Shown: positions 8,288 through 18,067 of the stretch, in pieces
Layout of the letters: each line of letters begins with the position of its first letter
Position numbering within the stretch: position 1 is the stretch's first letter
NCBI GenBank assembly: GCA_044229975.1
Contig: JBGARZ010000003.1
Location: 288,001 to 352,000, forward strand
DNA: 64,000 nt
Direction: 5' to 3'
Source of the DNA: Polyangiales bacterium
GTDB taxonomy: Bacteria; Myxococcota_A; Polyangia; Polyangiales; Ga0077539
Notes under the pieces: generated by a model
Told to the model about the DNA's origin: nothing
Databases searched by the model: none
What the model saw: only the letters and a program-made list of their open reading frames with translations
Position numbers and translations under genes: made by a program

Positions 8288-10840
8288 TCACCGCACGTTG
8301 ACCCTGGCGACGACGACCCGGTTGTCGCGGTCGTGATCGCCGCCCTCCAACCGCATCCGATCGCCGCCGTCGAAGAGACCCATGAAGACCGTGTACGCGC
8401 CGGGGCGGTACGTCAGGGGGACGTTGATCGTGATCTGGTCGTTGATGTAGTCGCCCGCCTGCCAGTAGCGCGTCGGGTACTTGCCGTTGACGCCCTCGTG
8501 GTCGCCGTTGATGCGCGGCCCCTGCCCGTCGGTGTGCACGAAGAGCTGCCAGTTGCGGGTCGAGTCGGCGATCACGTGGAAGTGGAACGTCACCTTGAAC
8601 GACCCACCGAGCGGGACGTAGCCGCGCCCGTTCATGTCGACGTCGGCGCCGATGTATTCGAAGGCGTTCTCGAAGACCGACGGCTGCCGCGCCGGGCGCT
8701 GCATGGTGGGCCGCGTGGACTGCACCCACGGCTCCAGCGGGTTGCGGTTGGGGCGCCCCTCCAGGTCGTTCATCGCGACGAAGAGGTTGCTGTTGGTCGC
8801 GTCGACGATGGGGATGTTCTGGTGCCGCTCGCGCCGGTACGCCCGGTTGAGCGACGGGAACACATCGCTCCCCAGCACCATGAAGCTGCGGCGACCGCCG
8901 GTGAGCCAGCGCACCGCCTGATCTTCGCTGGTGAGGGTCTCGGGCAGCGCCTGCGTGTAGTACCGCGTAGCCGGGTCGTCGCTCGGGCCACCGAAGCGCG
9001 CGACCGGCTCCTCGGCGTGGCGCAGCGAGCGGATGACCGCCCAGACGCCGCGCGGGGACATGTGCTCGGACAGCGCGGGGATGAAGCCCTGCGTGTAGAT
9101 GAGCGCCACCGCGAGGGCGGCCACGGGCACCCACGCGACGCGCGACCCGACTACCCTGTTGATGGGGTTTTCGTCGCGGCCGAGCCAGGCGAAGAGGTTC
9201 CAGATGAGGATGAAGCCGAGGACCGCGGCGATCGCACCGACGGGCGCGAGCGCGAGCGCCGTCATGCCGTCGCGCAGCGGCGTCGTGATGCCAGTCACCC
9301 CACGAACGCTCAAGCCGATCACGATGCAGGCGCCGGCCGCGAAGGCCAGGATCATCCGCAGGTGCGAGAGCAGGAAGGTGCCGATGGCCGCGCGCCCCAT
9401 CTCGGCGGACTCCGCCTTCATGGTGTTGCGGGCGTCCTCCTCGACGTCGAGCATCCAGTCGTAGGGGCGACGCACGGCGAAGGGCTCGACGCGCCCGGTG
9501 CCCTGGAAGAGCACCAGCACCGAGAGCCCGAGGAAGAGGGCCGTCTCGATGAGGTGGAAGCCCTCGGCGGGCATCGGCGGCGTCTCACCCCCGGCGGCCC
9601 GCGCCGCGCGGACGTTGGACAGCCACGCGCTGAACTTCATCGCGAAGCCCTCCGGGAAGGTGGGCCCACCGTCGGGCAACCCCAGGGCCGCGTAGGCCGC
9701 CTTCGGAAACTGGAGGAAGTCGCGGAGCATGAGCAGCGTGAGGAGCGCACCCGCGATGGCGACGGTGCGCCACGGCGACCGCTCGCGCTCGGCGTCGCGG
9801 AGCAGCACCGCGAGCCCGAGGGCGATGGGCGCGACCACCACGAAGGCGCTCATGCCGAAGAGTTGCATGTGGAAGGTCTGGAGCGCGAAGCCCAGCGCGA
9901 TGGCGAGGAAGGCCGTGAGCCGCATGCCGGCCTCGCGCCACGCGTCGGCCTCGCGCGCCTCGTCCTCGGGCAGCGTCGGGTCGACCTCACCCGCGGCCAC
10001 CGGCGACGGCGGGCTCACGAGGCGCAGCAGTCCGAACGGAACCAGCCCCGTCCACGGGAAGGAGCCGTGCGCGATCTGCTCGAAGTACGCCTCGAAGGTC
10101 TGCCACTGCGTGGGAGACGGCGACTGCGGCGAGGCACCCACCCAGAACGAATACCCGGACGGCGGCTTGGACGCGACGCTGAGGCACACGATGGCGAGCG
10201 CTGCCGCGGCAAGGAACGAGACCGCGCTGGTGAGCCGTGTGAGCCGCGACTCGGCGCCGAAGCGCAGGAGCCCCGCGAGGCCCACGGCACCGACCACCGG
10301 CACCACGCCGAGCATCACCCCGGAGGCGCGCGAGCCCAGCAGCAGACCCAGCGCGGCGATGACGGCGCCGCCGATCTGCCAGCGCTGCGTGCGGCCCCAC
10401 AGGAGCAGCACGAAGCCCGCGAGCGCCAGCGTCGACGCGCTCTGCGCCACGCCGCCACCGAACATCTGCCGCGCGTTCATGAAGACGAGCGGAATGGTCG
10501 CGTAGGTGATGCCGACGTACGCGGCGAGGCGACGGTCGCCCGCTCCGCGCGCCGCGGCCATGAGGGCGCACACCGACGCAAACGCGAGGAGCGCCGTGGG
10601 CAGTCGACCACCGACCTCGGACACGCCGAAGCGGAAGCCCAGCGCGACCGCCGCGACCTGCCCGGGCGGGCGGTCGAAGTTGACCGTGCGACCGGCGAGG
10701 AGGTCACGCGCCATGTCGGCGACGTGGATCTCCGCGGGCTGCCAGATGCCGAAGCGCTGGAGGCCGAAGAGGAGGACGAGCACCGCGGCGGTGATCGAGA
10801 CGAGGTAGGTGACCCAGCGATCGCTGGCGGTGTTCTTCAT
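8288..10840 (-). CDS. GT-C fold (ArnT/PMT-like) membrane glycosyltransferase with C-terminal extracytoplasmic Ig-like domain
   Basis: GIWQPAE..VADMAR first loop, SEVGGRLPTA, FPWTGLVP, many TM helices, C-terminal FVHTD...GDH...YPTRYWQAGD domain. Confidence 0.78.
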   Translation of the reverse strand: MKNTASDRWVTYLVSITAAVLVLLFGLQRFGIWQPAEIHVADMARDLLAGRTVNFDRPPGQVAAVALGFRFGVSEVGGRLPTALLAFASVCALMAAARGAGDRRLAAYVGITYATIPLVFMNARQMFGGGVAQSASTLALAGFVLLLWGRTQRWQIGGAVIAALGLLLGSRASGVMLGVVPVVGAVGLAGLLRFGAESRLTRLTSAVSFLAAAALAIVCLSVASKPPSGYSFWVGASPQSPSPTQWQTFEAYFEQIAHGSFPWTGLVPFGLLRLVSPPSPVAAGEVDPTLPEDEAREADAWREAGMRLTAFLAIALGFALQTFHMQLFGMSAFVVVAPIALGLAVLLRDAERERSPWRTVAIAGALLTLLMLRDFLQFPKAAYAALGLPDGGPTFPEGFAMKFSAWLSNVRAARAAGGETPPMPAEGFHLIETALFLGLSVLVLFQGTGRVEPFAVRRPYDWMLDVEEDARNTMKAESAEMGRAAIGTFLLSHLRMILAFAAGACIVIGLSVRGVTGITTPLRDGMTALALAPVGAIAAVLGFILIWNLFAWLGRDENPINRVVGSRVAWVPVAALAVALIYTQGFIPALSEHMSPRGVWAVIRSLRHAEEPVARFGGPSDDPATRYYTQALPETLTSEDQAVRWLTGGRRSFMVLGSDVFPSLNRAYRRERHQNIPIVDATNSNLFVAMNDLEGRPNRNPLEPWVQSTRPTMQRPARQPSVFENAFEYIGADVDMNGRGYVPLGGSFKVTFHFHVIADSTRNWQLFVHTDGQGPRINGDHEGVNGKYPTRYWQAGDYINDQITINVPLTYRPGAYTVFMGLFDGGDRMRLEGGDHDRDNRVVVARVNVR

Positions 10841-10950
10841 GGGGCCTCTAAGGGTCGAAAGCGCGCGGAGACTAGATCACCCCCGACGGCGAACACAACC
10901 GCCGCAGTGGCGCCGCGCAGCGCACCGCGGTGGTAGCGTCACGCGCCCTC

Positions 10951-13194
10951 ATGGCAGGCACCAACCGCACGCGCGCGATCTTCTCGCTCCTCGTCCTGAT
11001 GCTGCTGTCGGTGGCGCGCTCGGCCTTCGGACAACCGGTCGCCATCCCGCGCGGCCACGAGGAGGAGATCGCCGTCATGCTCGGGCGCGGCGAGTCCCTC
11101 GCCGGTGGATGCCGATGGGCGGGCGCCGAGATCGGCCCCTCCGCGGTGCGCGCGCGATACACCTGCGGGTCGGGACCAGCCGTCGCCCTGCGCCTGTCGC
11201 TCCCGGGCACCGGGCCCGCTGGAGCAGTGGCCGCGGGCCGCTTCGACGTCTCGGTCGACGACCCGGCCCACACCGCTCTCCGCGACGCGGTGGCCGCGCG
11301 CGTTCGCGGTGGCGGCTCTCAGCCGATGGTGGTTCGGGTGTCCACGCGCGCCTCCACCCATCACATCGGTCCCTTCGAGCTCGGTCGCGCCCACGTCGGC
11401 GACGACCTCGTGCGCCCGCTCTGGCTCGACCTCCCGCTCGCGCTGCTCGTCGTCCTGCTCCTTGCGCGCGCGCTGCGACCGGCAGGCACTCGGAGCGACA
11501 TCCTGTGTACGGCCCTCGCCGTCGGCGCGCTGCTCGCCATCGCGCACTACCTCGGTCGAGGCGTGCCCGCACACACCGACGTGCTGCGCGACCTCCTCTA
11601 TGCGCGCGACTGCGTCGAGAGGAGCCGCTGCCACGCGCTCGGTCCCGAATCGAGCGTCAACTTCGTTCGCCACGGCACCACCTGGCTGCGCCTGCCCGAG
11701 TGGGTCCTCCGCCTCGGCGGAACCGAACGCGCCCTCCGCATCGTGGTCGAGCTCTGCCACGCCCTCGCCCTCGTCATCATCGTGCTGGGCGCCCGGCGCC
11801 ACGGCGCCTACCGCACGGCACCCATCGCGGCGCTCGCGGCTGGCGTCGCGTCCCTGTGGGTCACCTCCCACCCGCTCCTGTGGCACCCATCCATCCTGCC
11901 CCTCTGCGCCGCGCTCTACGCGATGCTGCTCCTCGACGCGATCCACGCCCCGTCGCCCCTCGCATGGATCGTGTCCGGTGCGGCGCTGGGTCTGCTGCTC
12001 GACGCCCACCCGTCCTCCATCGCGCTCGTGCCGGGCTTCGCGTTCGTCGCCTGGGCCCGCGCGCCTCGCCCCGGGCTGAGCGCGCCCCTTGGACTGCTCG
12101 CGATGCTCGGTGCGCTCGCGGTGCCTTCACCGCTGCTGCTCATGGCGCGCATCGCGGCCGCCGCAGGCGATCGTCGCGCCACGCTGCTCGTCCTCGGCAT
12201 CATCGCGGTGATGGTCGCGGGCTATGCCGTGCGCCGACGCGCGGGCTCGCTCGACGTCCGCGTCGCGACCCTCCTCGGTGCGTTGATGCACATCGCGACC
12301 CTCGCCCTGCTGGCGATCGTTTCGAAGCGCACGGAGGTCCGCTACCTCACGACGGCGATCCCCTTTGCCGCCTACCTGCTGGCCTTGTGGGTCCCGCCGA
12401 TCCCCGCCGCGCTCGCGGGCCTGGTGGCCGCGGTGCTGGGCGTGTCCATGGGCCGCAGGCTCTACACCGCGGGAGGCGCCGTGTGGTCCATCGACGAGGC
12501 GCGCGCCGTGTCGGTCTCGGCGCCCCTGCGCGGCCGCTCCTGGGTCGACCTCGCGGGGCGCCTCCAGTACGTCGAAGGCGACGGCATCCGCGCGGCGCTC
12601 GGCCTCTTCGCGCCGCAAGTGCGCCCCGGCGACGCCCTCGGTCCCGACGTCATCCTCGTCCTGCGCCTCCGCCGCATCGAACTACCCCGACATCCACCCC
12701 CCACGTGGACCCTCGTGCCGCTCCTGTTTGGCGACGTCGCGGTGGTGCGCGCGCTTCGCTCGTACATTCCCCTCGGCGTCACTCGCGCTTGCGTCGAAGA
12801 GACCTGCCAGGACGTCGACCTCGGGGCATCGCCGTCCGTCGGCCCGGCGATGCACTTCGGACCGCGCGCCTACTTCGCCTCGCCCGCGCTCGAAGCGCTC
12901 ACCCGCCGGGCCCACGAGGGTCACCGCGTGCGGTTGTCCTTCGCCATCTCGGTCCCCGCGGGGGGCCGCGATCACCGCGTGTCCGTCGGCCGACGGGAGG
13001 TCTGGCGCATCGACGGCCTCACCGGCGACGTCGTCGGAACGCCGCAACCCGACGGCTCCATGATCATCGATGGCTCCCGCGCGGGCACCGGAACCCTCCT
13101 GGTCTCGACGACCGTCCGTGGCAGCGCCACGCCCCCACTCATCGAGACCGCGACCGACGAGACCGAGCTCACCGCGCTCATCCGCGGACGCTGA
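10951..13194 (+). CDS. Polytopic membrane protein, possibly divergent GT-C family
   Basis: Signal peptide, soluble N-domain, ~11 TM helices with HTDVLRDLLYARDC..LGPESS loop and EVRYL motif, soluble C-domain. Confidence 0.65.
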   Translation: MAGTNRTRAIFSLLVLMLLSVARSAFGQPVAIPRGHEEEIAVMLGRGESLAGGCRWAGAEIGPSAVRARYTCGSGPAVALRLSLPGTGPAGAVAAGRFDVSVDDPAHTALRDAVAARVRGGGSQPMVVRVSTRASTHHIGPFELGRAHVGDDLVRPLWLDLPLALLVVLLLARALRPAGTRSDILCTALAVGALLAIAHYLGRGVPAHTDVLRDLLYARDCVERSRCHALGPESSVNFVRHGTTWLRLPEWVLRLGGTERALRIVVELCHALALVIIVLGARRHGAYRTAPIAALAAGVASLWVTSHPLLWHPSILPLCAALYAMLLLDAIHAPSPLAWIVSGAALGLLLDAHPSSIALVPGFAFVAWARAPRPGLSAPLGLLAMLGALAVPSPLLLMARIAAAAGDRRATLLVLGIIAVMVAGYAVRRRAGSLDVRVATLLGALMHIATLALLAIVSKRTEVRYLTTAIPFAAYLLALWVPPIPAALAGLVAAVLGVSMGRRLYTAGGAVWSIDEARAVSVSAPLRGRSWVDLAGRLQYVEGDGIRAALGLFAPQVRPGDALGPDVILVLRLRRIELPRHPPPTWTLVPLLFGDVAVVRALRSYIPLGVTRACVEETCQDVDLGASPSVGPAMHFGPRAYFASPALEALTRRAHEGHRVRLSFAISVPAGGRDHRVSVGRREVWRIDGLTGDVVGTPQPDGSMIIDGSRAGTGTLLVSTTVRGSATPPLIETATDETELTALIRGR

Positions 13195-13200
13195 CCCCGA

Positions 13201-14574
13201 TCAGCACTCGATGATGTTCACCGCGAGACCGCCGCGCGCGGTCTCCTTGTACTTGGTGCTCATGTCGGCGCCCGTCTGGCGCATCGTCGCGATGACCTTG
13301 TCGAGCGACACCTTGTGCTTGCCGTCGCCCGCCATCGCGAGCCGCGCGGCGTTGATCGCCTTCACGCTGCCCATCGCGTTGCGCTCGATGCATGGCACCT
13401 GAACCAGGCCCCCGATGGGGTCGCAGGTGAGCCCGAGGTTGTGCTCCATCCCGATCTCCGCGGCGTTTTCCACCTGCTCGGGGGTGCCGCCCATCACCTC
13501 CGCGAGCGCGCCCGCCGCCATGGAGCAGGCGACCCCGACCTCCCCCTGGCAGCCGACCTCGGCCCCCGAGATGGACGCGTTCTTCTTGTAGAGAATCCCG
13601 ATGGCCCCCGCGGTGAGCAGAAACCTCACCACGCCGTCGTCGTCCGCGTTGGGAATGAACCGCCGATAGTAGTGCAGCACCGCCGGGATGATCCCCGCCG
13701 CCCCGTTGGTGGGCGCCGTCACCACGCGACCCCCGCCCGCGTTCTCCTCGTTGACCGCGAGCGCGAAGAGGTTGACCCAGTCCATCGCGATGAGCGGATC
13801 ACTGGCGCCACCCGCAGCGCAACGCAGCCGCCGGTACAGCGCAGGCGCGCGTCGCCGCACCTTCAACCCGCCAGGGAGAATCCCCTCGTGGTCGCACCCT
13901 CGCTGCACGCAGCCCGCCATCACCGCCCAGATCTCCAACAGCCTGCTGCGAACCTCCTCGGCAGGTCGCCACGCGCACTCGTTCTGGAACATCACCGTGC
14001 TCACGGACAATCCCCGGGCGTGGCAGATCTCCAGCAGCGCCTGCCCCGTCTCGAAGGGGTGCGGCATCGCGGCGCGATCGGCCGCGAGGCCCTCGGCGAC
14101 ACCGTCCTGGTTCACCACGAAGCCGCCGCCCACCGAGTAGAACACCCGCGACGCGAGGGTCGCTCCATCCGCCCCAACCGCGGTGAAGCGCATCCCGTTG
14201 GAGTGCAGCGGCAGCGTCTCGCGCCGATGAAACACCAGGTCTCGCTCGGGCTTGAACGCCACCTCATGGCGCCCCAGCAGGCTCAGCCGCCCCGCAGCGC
14301 GCACGGCCTCGACCCTCGCCCCCACGGCCTCCGGATCGACCGCCTCGGGTCTCTCTCCGAGCAGCCCCACGACGACGGCCACGTCGCTGCCGTGCCCCTT
14401 CCCCGTGTGCCCCAGCGAGCCGAAGAGCTCGACCTTCAGACCCGCCACGCGCTCGATCAGCGCGGCGGCGTGGAGCCCTTCGGCGAAGCGCAGCGCGGCT
14501 CGCATCGGTCCGACCGTGTGTGAGCTCGACGGACCGATCCCGATGCTGAACATGTCGAACACGCTGATGGTCAC
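13201..14574 (-). CDS. sdaA: L-serine ammonia-lyase (Fe-S dependent, single chain)
   Basis: [75 protein letters not shown]. Confidence 0.97.
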   Translation of the reverse strand: MTISVFDMFSIGIGPSSSHTVGPMRAALRFAEGLHAAALIERVAGLKVELFGSLGHTGKGHGSDVAVVVGLLGERPEAVDPEAVGARVEAVRAAGRLSLLGRHEVAFKPERDLVFHRRETLPLHSNGMRFTAVGADGATLASRVFYSVGGGFVVNQDGVAEGLAADRAAMPHPFETGQALLEICHARGLSVSTVMFQNECAWRPAEEVRSRLLEIWAVMAGCVQRGCDHEGILPGGLKVRRRAPALYRRLRCAAGGASDPLIAMDWVNLFALAVNEENAGGGRVVTAPTNGAAGIIPAVLHYYRRFIPNADDDGVVRFLLTAGAIGILYKKNASISGAEVGCQGEVGVACSMAAGALAEVMGGTPEQVENAAEIGMEHNLGLTCDPIGGLVQVPCIERNAMGSVKAINAARLAMAGDGKHKVSLDKVIATMRQTGADMSTKYKETARGGLAVNIIEC

Positions 14575-14625
14575 CGGCCGAGCATAGCCCCCTGCGACGG
14601 CGCTCGTCGGTATATGGTCGGGCCC
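14575..14625. promoter_or_regulatory. Bidirectional promoter region of sdaA/nikR with two outward-facing TAnnnT -10 elements
   Basis: TATGCT (minus, 14586-14581) 6 nt before sdaA GTG; TATGGT (plus, 14613-14618) 7 nt before nikR ATG. Confidence 0.55.
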
Positions 14626-15078
14626 ATGGCTGGAGATCTGGTTCGATTCGGGGTCGCGATGGATGGTGACCTCCTGCAACGCTTCGACGAGCACATCGGG
14701 GCCAAGGGCTACGCCAACCGCTCCGAGGCGCTGCGCGACCTCGTGCGCGCCGACCTGGTCAACGCCCACCTCAAGCGCGACGGGCTCGCGGTCGCCACGC
14801 TGACCCTGGTCTATGACCATCACGTCCGCGAGCTCTCCGAGAAGCTCACCGACATGCAGCACGACCTCGGCGAGCACGTCGTCTCGACCCTGCACGTCCA
14901 CCTCGATCACGACCACTGCCTGGAGGTCATCGTGCTGCGCGGCCCGGCGGCCCTCATCCAGTCGGCGGCCAACCGCCTGCTCGCCACCAAGGGGGTCGAG
15001 CACGGGCAGCTCGTCGCGACGGCCCTCCCCGAGCACACGCACCAGCACGCCGACGACCAGCACCACGGCACGCGCTGA
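14626..15078 (+). CDS. nikR: Nickel-responsive transcriptional regulator NikR
   Basis: RHH N-terminus [13 protein letters not shown]...[31 protein letters not shown]. Confidence 0.95.
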   Translation: MAGDLVRFGVAMDGDLLQRFDEHIGAKGYANRSEALRDLVRADLVNAHLKRDGLAVATLTLVYDHHVRELSEKLTDMQHDLGEHVVSTLHVHLDHDHCLEVIVLRGPAALIQSAANRLLATKGVEHGQLVATALPEHTHQHADDQHHGTR

Positions 15079-15208
15079 CGCGTCGACCCTCGGCGCCGAC
15101 ACACAGTGGCACGGCCCCGACGTGTCGGCCGTCGCGCGTCTCGGTCACGCATCGCCCATCGCCACGAGGACGGTGCATGGCACACGCCTTGAGAGCACCA
15201 TCGGGTTC

Positions 15209-18058
15209 ATGAGCTCCTTGCGATCGCCCCACCTCGCGTCCCTGACCGCTTCCGCGCTGTCGGGTCTGCTGTTCGTCGGCTGCGGCGATCCGATGCCTGC
15301 GGCGCCTCCCTCCGATGCGGGCCTCGGAGACGTCCCCGTCGATCGGCCGGTGGAGGTCGACTTCGCCGATCACACCGTCCCTCGCCTCGCTTCGGCGGCG
15401 GAGTTCCAGGCGATCGCGGCCGAGGAGTTTGGCCTGTCGACGGTGAAGTTCATCATCACGGCCTTCAACGACCCCACGGCTCGCAACGGCCGCTTCTACG
15501 ACAGCACGTTCTTCACCCTGCACGACCAGTGGTACTGGTTTCGCCTGCTCAACGGGGCGCGCATCCCCGGCGACTTCGTCGAGCCCGTGCAGGGCCTTCG
15601 CTTCGACACCATCGCGGACATCAACCGCTGGGCCGCGACGCAGCCGGTGCTCCCGCTCGACCTCGCGTTCTACGGCGACCGCCTCTACTCCCCGCGCTTC
15701 TACGACTACGCCTTCGGGGCCACCCGCCGCTTCGGCCTCGCGACCGTCGTCCGCGTCCCGCCCCGCGCGTCCAACCCCGAGCGCTGGGCCTTCGAGCTGG
15801 AGTACAGCGACTCGGTCTCGCACGCCGAGCTGACCATCTTCTTCGACGCGCTGCGTGCCCGCCTCCCCGCCGCCATCGCGAGCGAGCTGCGCTTCCTCAT
15901 CCGCTCGCCCGAGCAGGAGTCCCTGGGTCAGCGCATGGAGGCCGACCACCTCGCCAACTGGGACCGCCTGCTGCGCTACGGCGACATCGTCGTTCCGGGC
16001 GCGCGCGAGGTGTACAGCGAGGGCATCGCCGCGGGCCGACTCCGAACCATCCGCCGCGGAGAGTCCTTCGACACCGTCAACAACAACGACGTGGTGGTGA
16101 TGGAGGCGATCCCTGACGTGCTCCCCGACCTCGCCGCGCTCGTCACGGCGGTGCCGCAGACGCCGCTCGCGCACATCAACCTGCTGGCCCGCAACCGCGC
16201 CATCCCCAACGTCCACGTCGCGGGCATCCTCGAAGACCCGACCATCAACTCACTGGAGCACGGCTACGCGCCGGTGCTGGTCTTCGCCGAGGCGCCCGAC
16301 CGCGTGGTGCTGTCACCCATCACCGAGGCGCAGTACGGGCGTTACCGCGCCCTCGTCGACCTCCCGGCGCGCGTGGTCACGACGCCGCCGGTCGAGACGA
16401 TGCCGTACCTCATCGACCTCACCGCGCGCGACCCCGCCGAGATCGCGACGCTCGCCTCGACCATCGGCGGCAAGTCGTCGGGGATGATCGCCCTCCTGCA
16501 CGCGCCCGACCTCGACCTGCCCGACGCGCCGCACAGCATCACGGTGCGCGCCTACGTCGAGCACTTCGCGCCGATGCGCGCACGCGTCACCGCCGCCCTC
16601 GCCGACGAGGCCCTCGGCAGCGACGCACGCGCCCGACGACTGGTGCTGGAGGGCATGGCCGCCTTCCGTGCGCGCACCGCGGCGGCGGCCGACCTCGCCT
16701 ACGCCAACGCCTTCGTCGCGGCCCGTCCCGCAGGCAACGCGGCGGGCGACTTCGCGCGCGGCAATGGCGTCCGCGGCCTGGTGGAGTCGACGCCCATCGC
16801 CCCTGCAACCCTCGCGGAGATCGACCGCGTGCTCCGCGCGGCCTACGCGACGCTGGCTCCGACGCAGGGCATCCGCTTCCGCTCGTCGTCCAACGTGGAG
16901 GACATCGAGGGCTTCAACGGCGCGGGCCTGTACGAGTCGTACACGGGCTTCCTCGACCCGGTCTTGCAGCCGCGCGCGTCCGACCGCGACAAGACCATCC
17001 AGCGCGCCATCCAGCGCGTGTGGGGATCATACTGGGGCGTCGAGGCCTTCGAAGAGCGCCGCGCCGGCCGCATCGATCACCTCTCAGCCGCGATGGCGGT
17101 CATGGTGCACCCGCGCTTCGACGACGAGCTCGAGCGCGCGACCGGCGTGTGCACCTTCACGCAGCTCCCGCCCAACACCGCGGACGCCGAGGAGCTGGAG
17201 ATCAACACCCAGCCCGGCGCCGAGAGCGTGGCCAACCCCAACCCGGCCCTGCTGCCCGAAGTCGTGCGCGTCTCTCGCACCCGCGGCTCCGACACGCTGC
17301 GCATCACACGCGTTCGCCGCGCGACGCTCTCGCCCGACCGCGACCTCTTCACCGACGACGTCCTTCGCGCGCTCTTCGCAGACACCGCCGCCGTCACGCA
17401 CCGCTGGCTCGAACGCGAGAACACCCCACGCCCCGCCGCCCGGCGCTCGCGCACGCTCACGCTCGACTTCGAGTTTCACGACATGCTGGGCGGCTGGCCC
17501 GCCGTCCGCACGGGACCCGTTCGCCCTGCGCGACTCGTGCTCAAGCAGGCGCGCACCCTCGAACCCGCGCCTCGCGTGACGTCGACCGAGTCGCAGGCGT
17601 GGCCGGTACCGCGCGACATCCTGTCCCGCGCTCGCCGCGTCACGACCCAGACCTGCACCGGCGATGTCACCGCGGGCGTGACCCTCACGGCGACCCTGCT
17701 GCGCGTGCAGACCGACGCCTCGCTCACCCCCGACGTCGGCTTCGCCGCCAACCCCTTCGACGCCTCCCTCACCCTCACCGCCCGCGGCGTCGTCGCGGCC
17801 CTCGGCTGGTCTGCCGACGCCACCTATGCGGCCGACCACACGGCGTTCACCACCACCCGCGACGGAACCTCCCGCGTCTTCGACGTCGCCACCGCATCGC
17901 CCGCGCGGACGGGCCTCGACCGCGCCCGTCTCGACGCCGACGGCACGCTCACCGTCACCCGCGGCGCGCGCACCGTCACAGCCCGCCTGACGTGCACCGA
18001 CGAGCTCCTCTTCGCGACGCCGCGCGACTTCCTGCTCGGCCTCGTGCCGCCGCGGTAG
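15209..18058 (+). CDS. Lipoprotein with phospho-histidine swivel domain and PEP/pyruvate-binding (PPDK-type ATP-grasp) domain
   Basis: Lipobox LLFVGC; PQTPLAHINLLARNRAIPN; IGGKSSGM; RFRSSSNVEDIEGFNGAGLYES; AIQRVWGSYW; MAVMVHP; LDFEF; VLKQAR. Confidence 0.85.
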   Translation: MSSLRSPHLASLTASALSGLLFVGCGDPMPAAPPSDAGLGDVPVDRPVEVDFADHTVPRLASAAEFQAIAAEEFGLSTVKFIITAFNDPTARNGRFYDSTFFTLHDQWYWFRLLNGARIPGDFVEPVQGLRFDTIADINRWAATQPVLPLDLAFYGDRLYSPRFYDYAFGATRRFGLATVVRVPPRASNPERWAFELEYSDSVSHAELTIFFDALRARLPAAIASELRFLIRSPEQESLGQRMEADHLANWDRLLRYGDIVVPGAREVYSEGIAAGRLRTIRRGESFDTVNNNDVVVMEAIPDVLPDLAALVTAVPQTPLAHINLLARNRAIPNVHVAGILEDPTINSLEHGYAPVLVFAEAPDRVVLSPITEAQYGRYRALVDLPARVVTTPPVETMPYLIDLTARDPAEIATLASTIGGKSSGMIALLHAPDLDLPDAPHSITVRAYVEHFAPMRARVTAALADEALGSDARARRLVLEGMAAFRARTAAAADLAYANAFVAARPAGNAAGDFARGNGVRGLVESTPIAPATLAEIDRVLRAAYATLAPTQGIRFRSSSNVEDIEGFNGAGLYESYTGFLDPVLQPRASDRDKTIQRAIQRVWGSYWGVEAFEERRAGRIDHLSAAMAVMVHPRFDDELERATGVCTFTQLPPNTADAEELEINTQPGAESVANPNPALLPEVVRVSRTRGSDTLRITRVRRATLSPDRDLFTDDVLRALFADTAAVTHRWLERENTPRPAARRSRTLTLDFEFHDMLGGWPAVRTGPVRPARLVLKQARTLEPAPRVTSTESQAWPVPRDILSRARRVTTQTCTGDVTAGVTLTATLLRVQTDASLTPDVGFAANPFDASLTLTARGVVAALGWSADATYAADHTAFTTTRDGTSRVFDVATASPARTGLDRARLDADGTLTVTRGARTVTARLTCTDELLFATPRDFLLGLVPPR

Positions 18059-18067
18059 AGCCCCCGC

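Noticed and set aside
13201..15102. Apparent 633-aa serine dehydratase with N-terminal extension
   Set aside because: The extension is the antisense of nikR. SdaA homology begins at GTG 14574.
14813..15208. N-terminal extension of the 1081-aa ORF suggesting a NikR overlap or fusion
   Set aside because: Alternative frame of nikR plus intergenic DNA. The signal peptide starts at ATG 15209 and nikR has its own stop.
15209..18058. Annotation as ordinary PEP synthase (ppsA) or PPDK
   Set aside because: Domain order is reversed, the pyruvate-binding barrel is missing and a lipoprotein signal is present.
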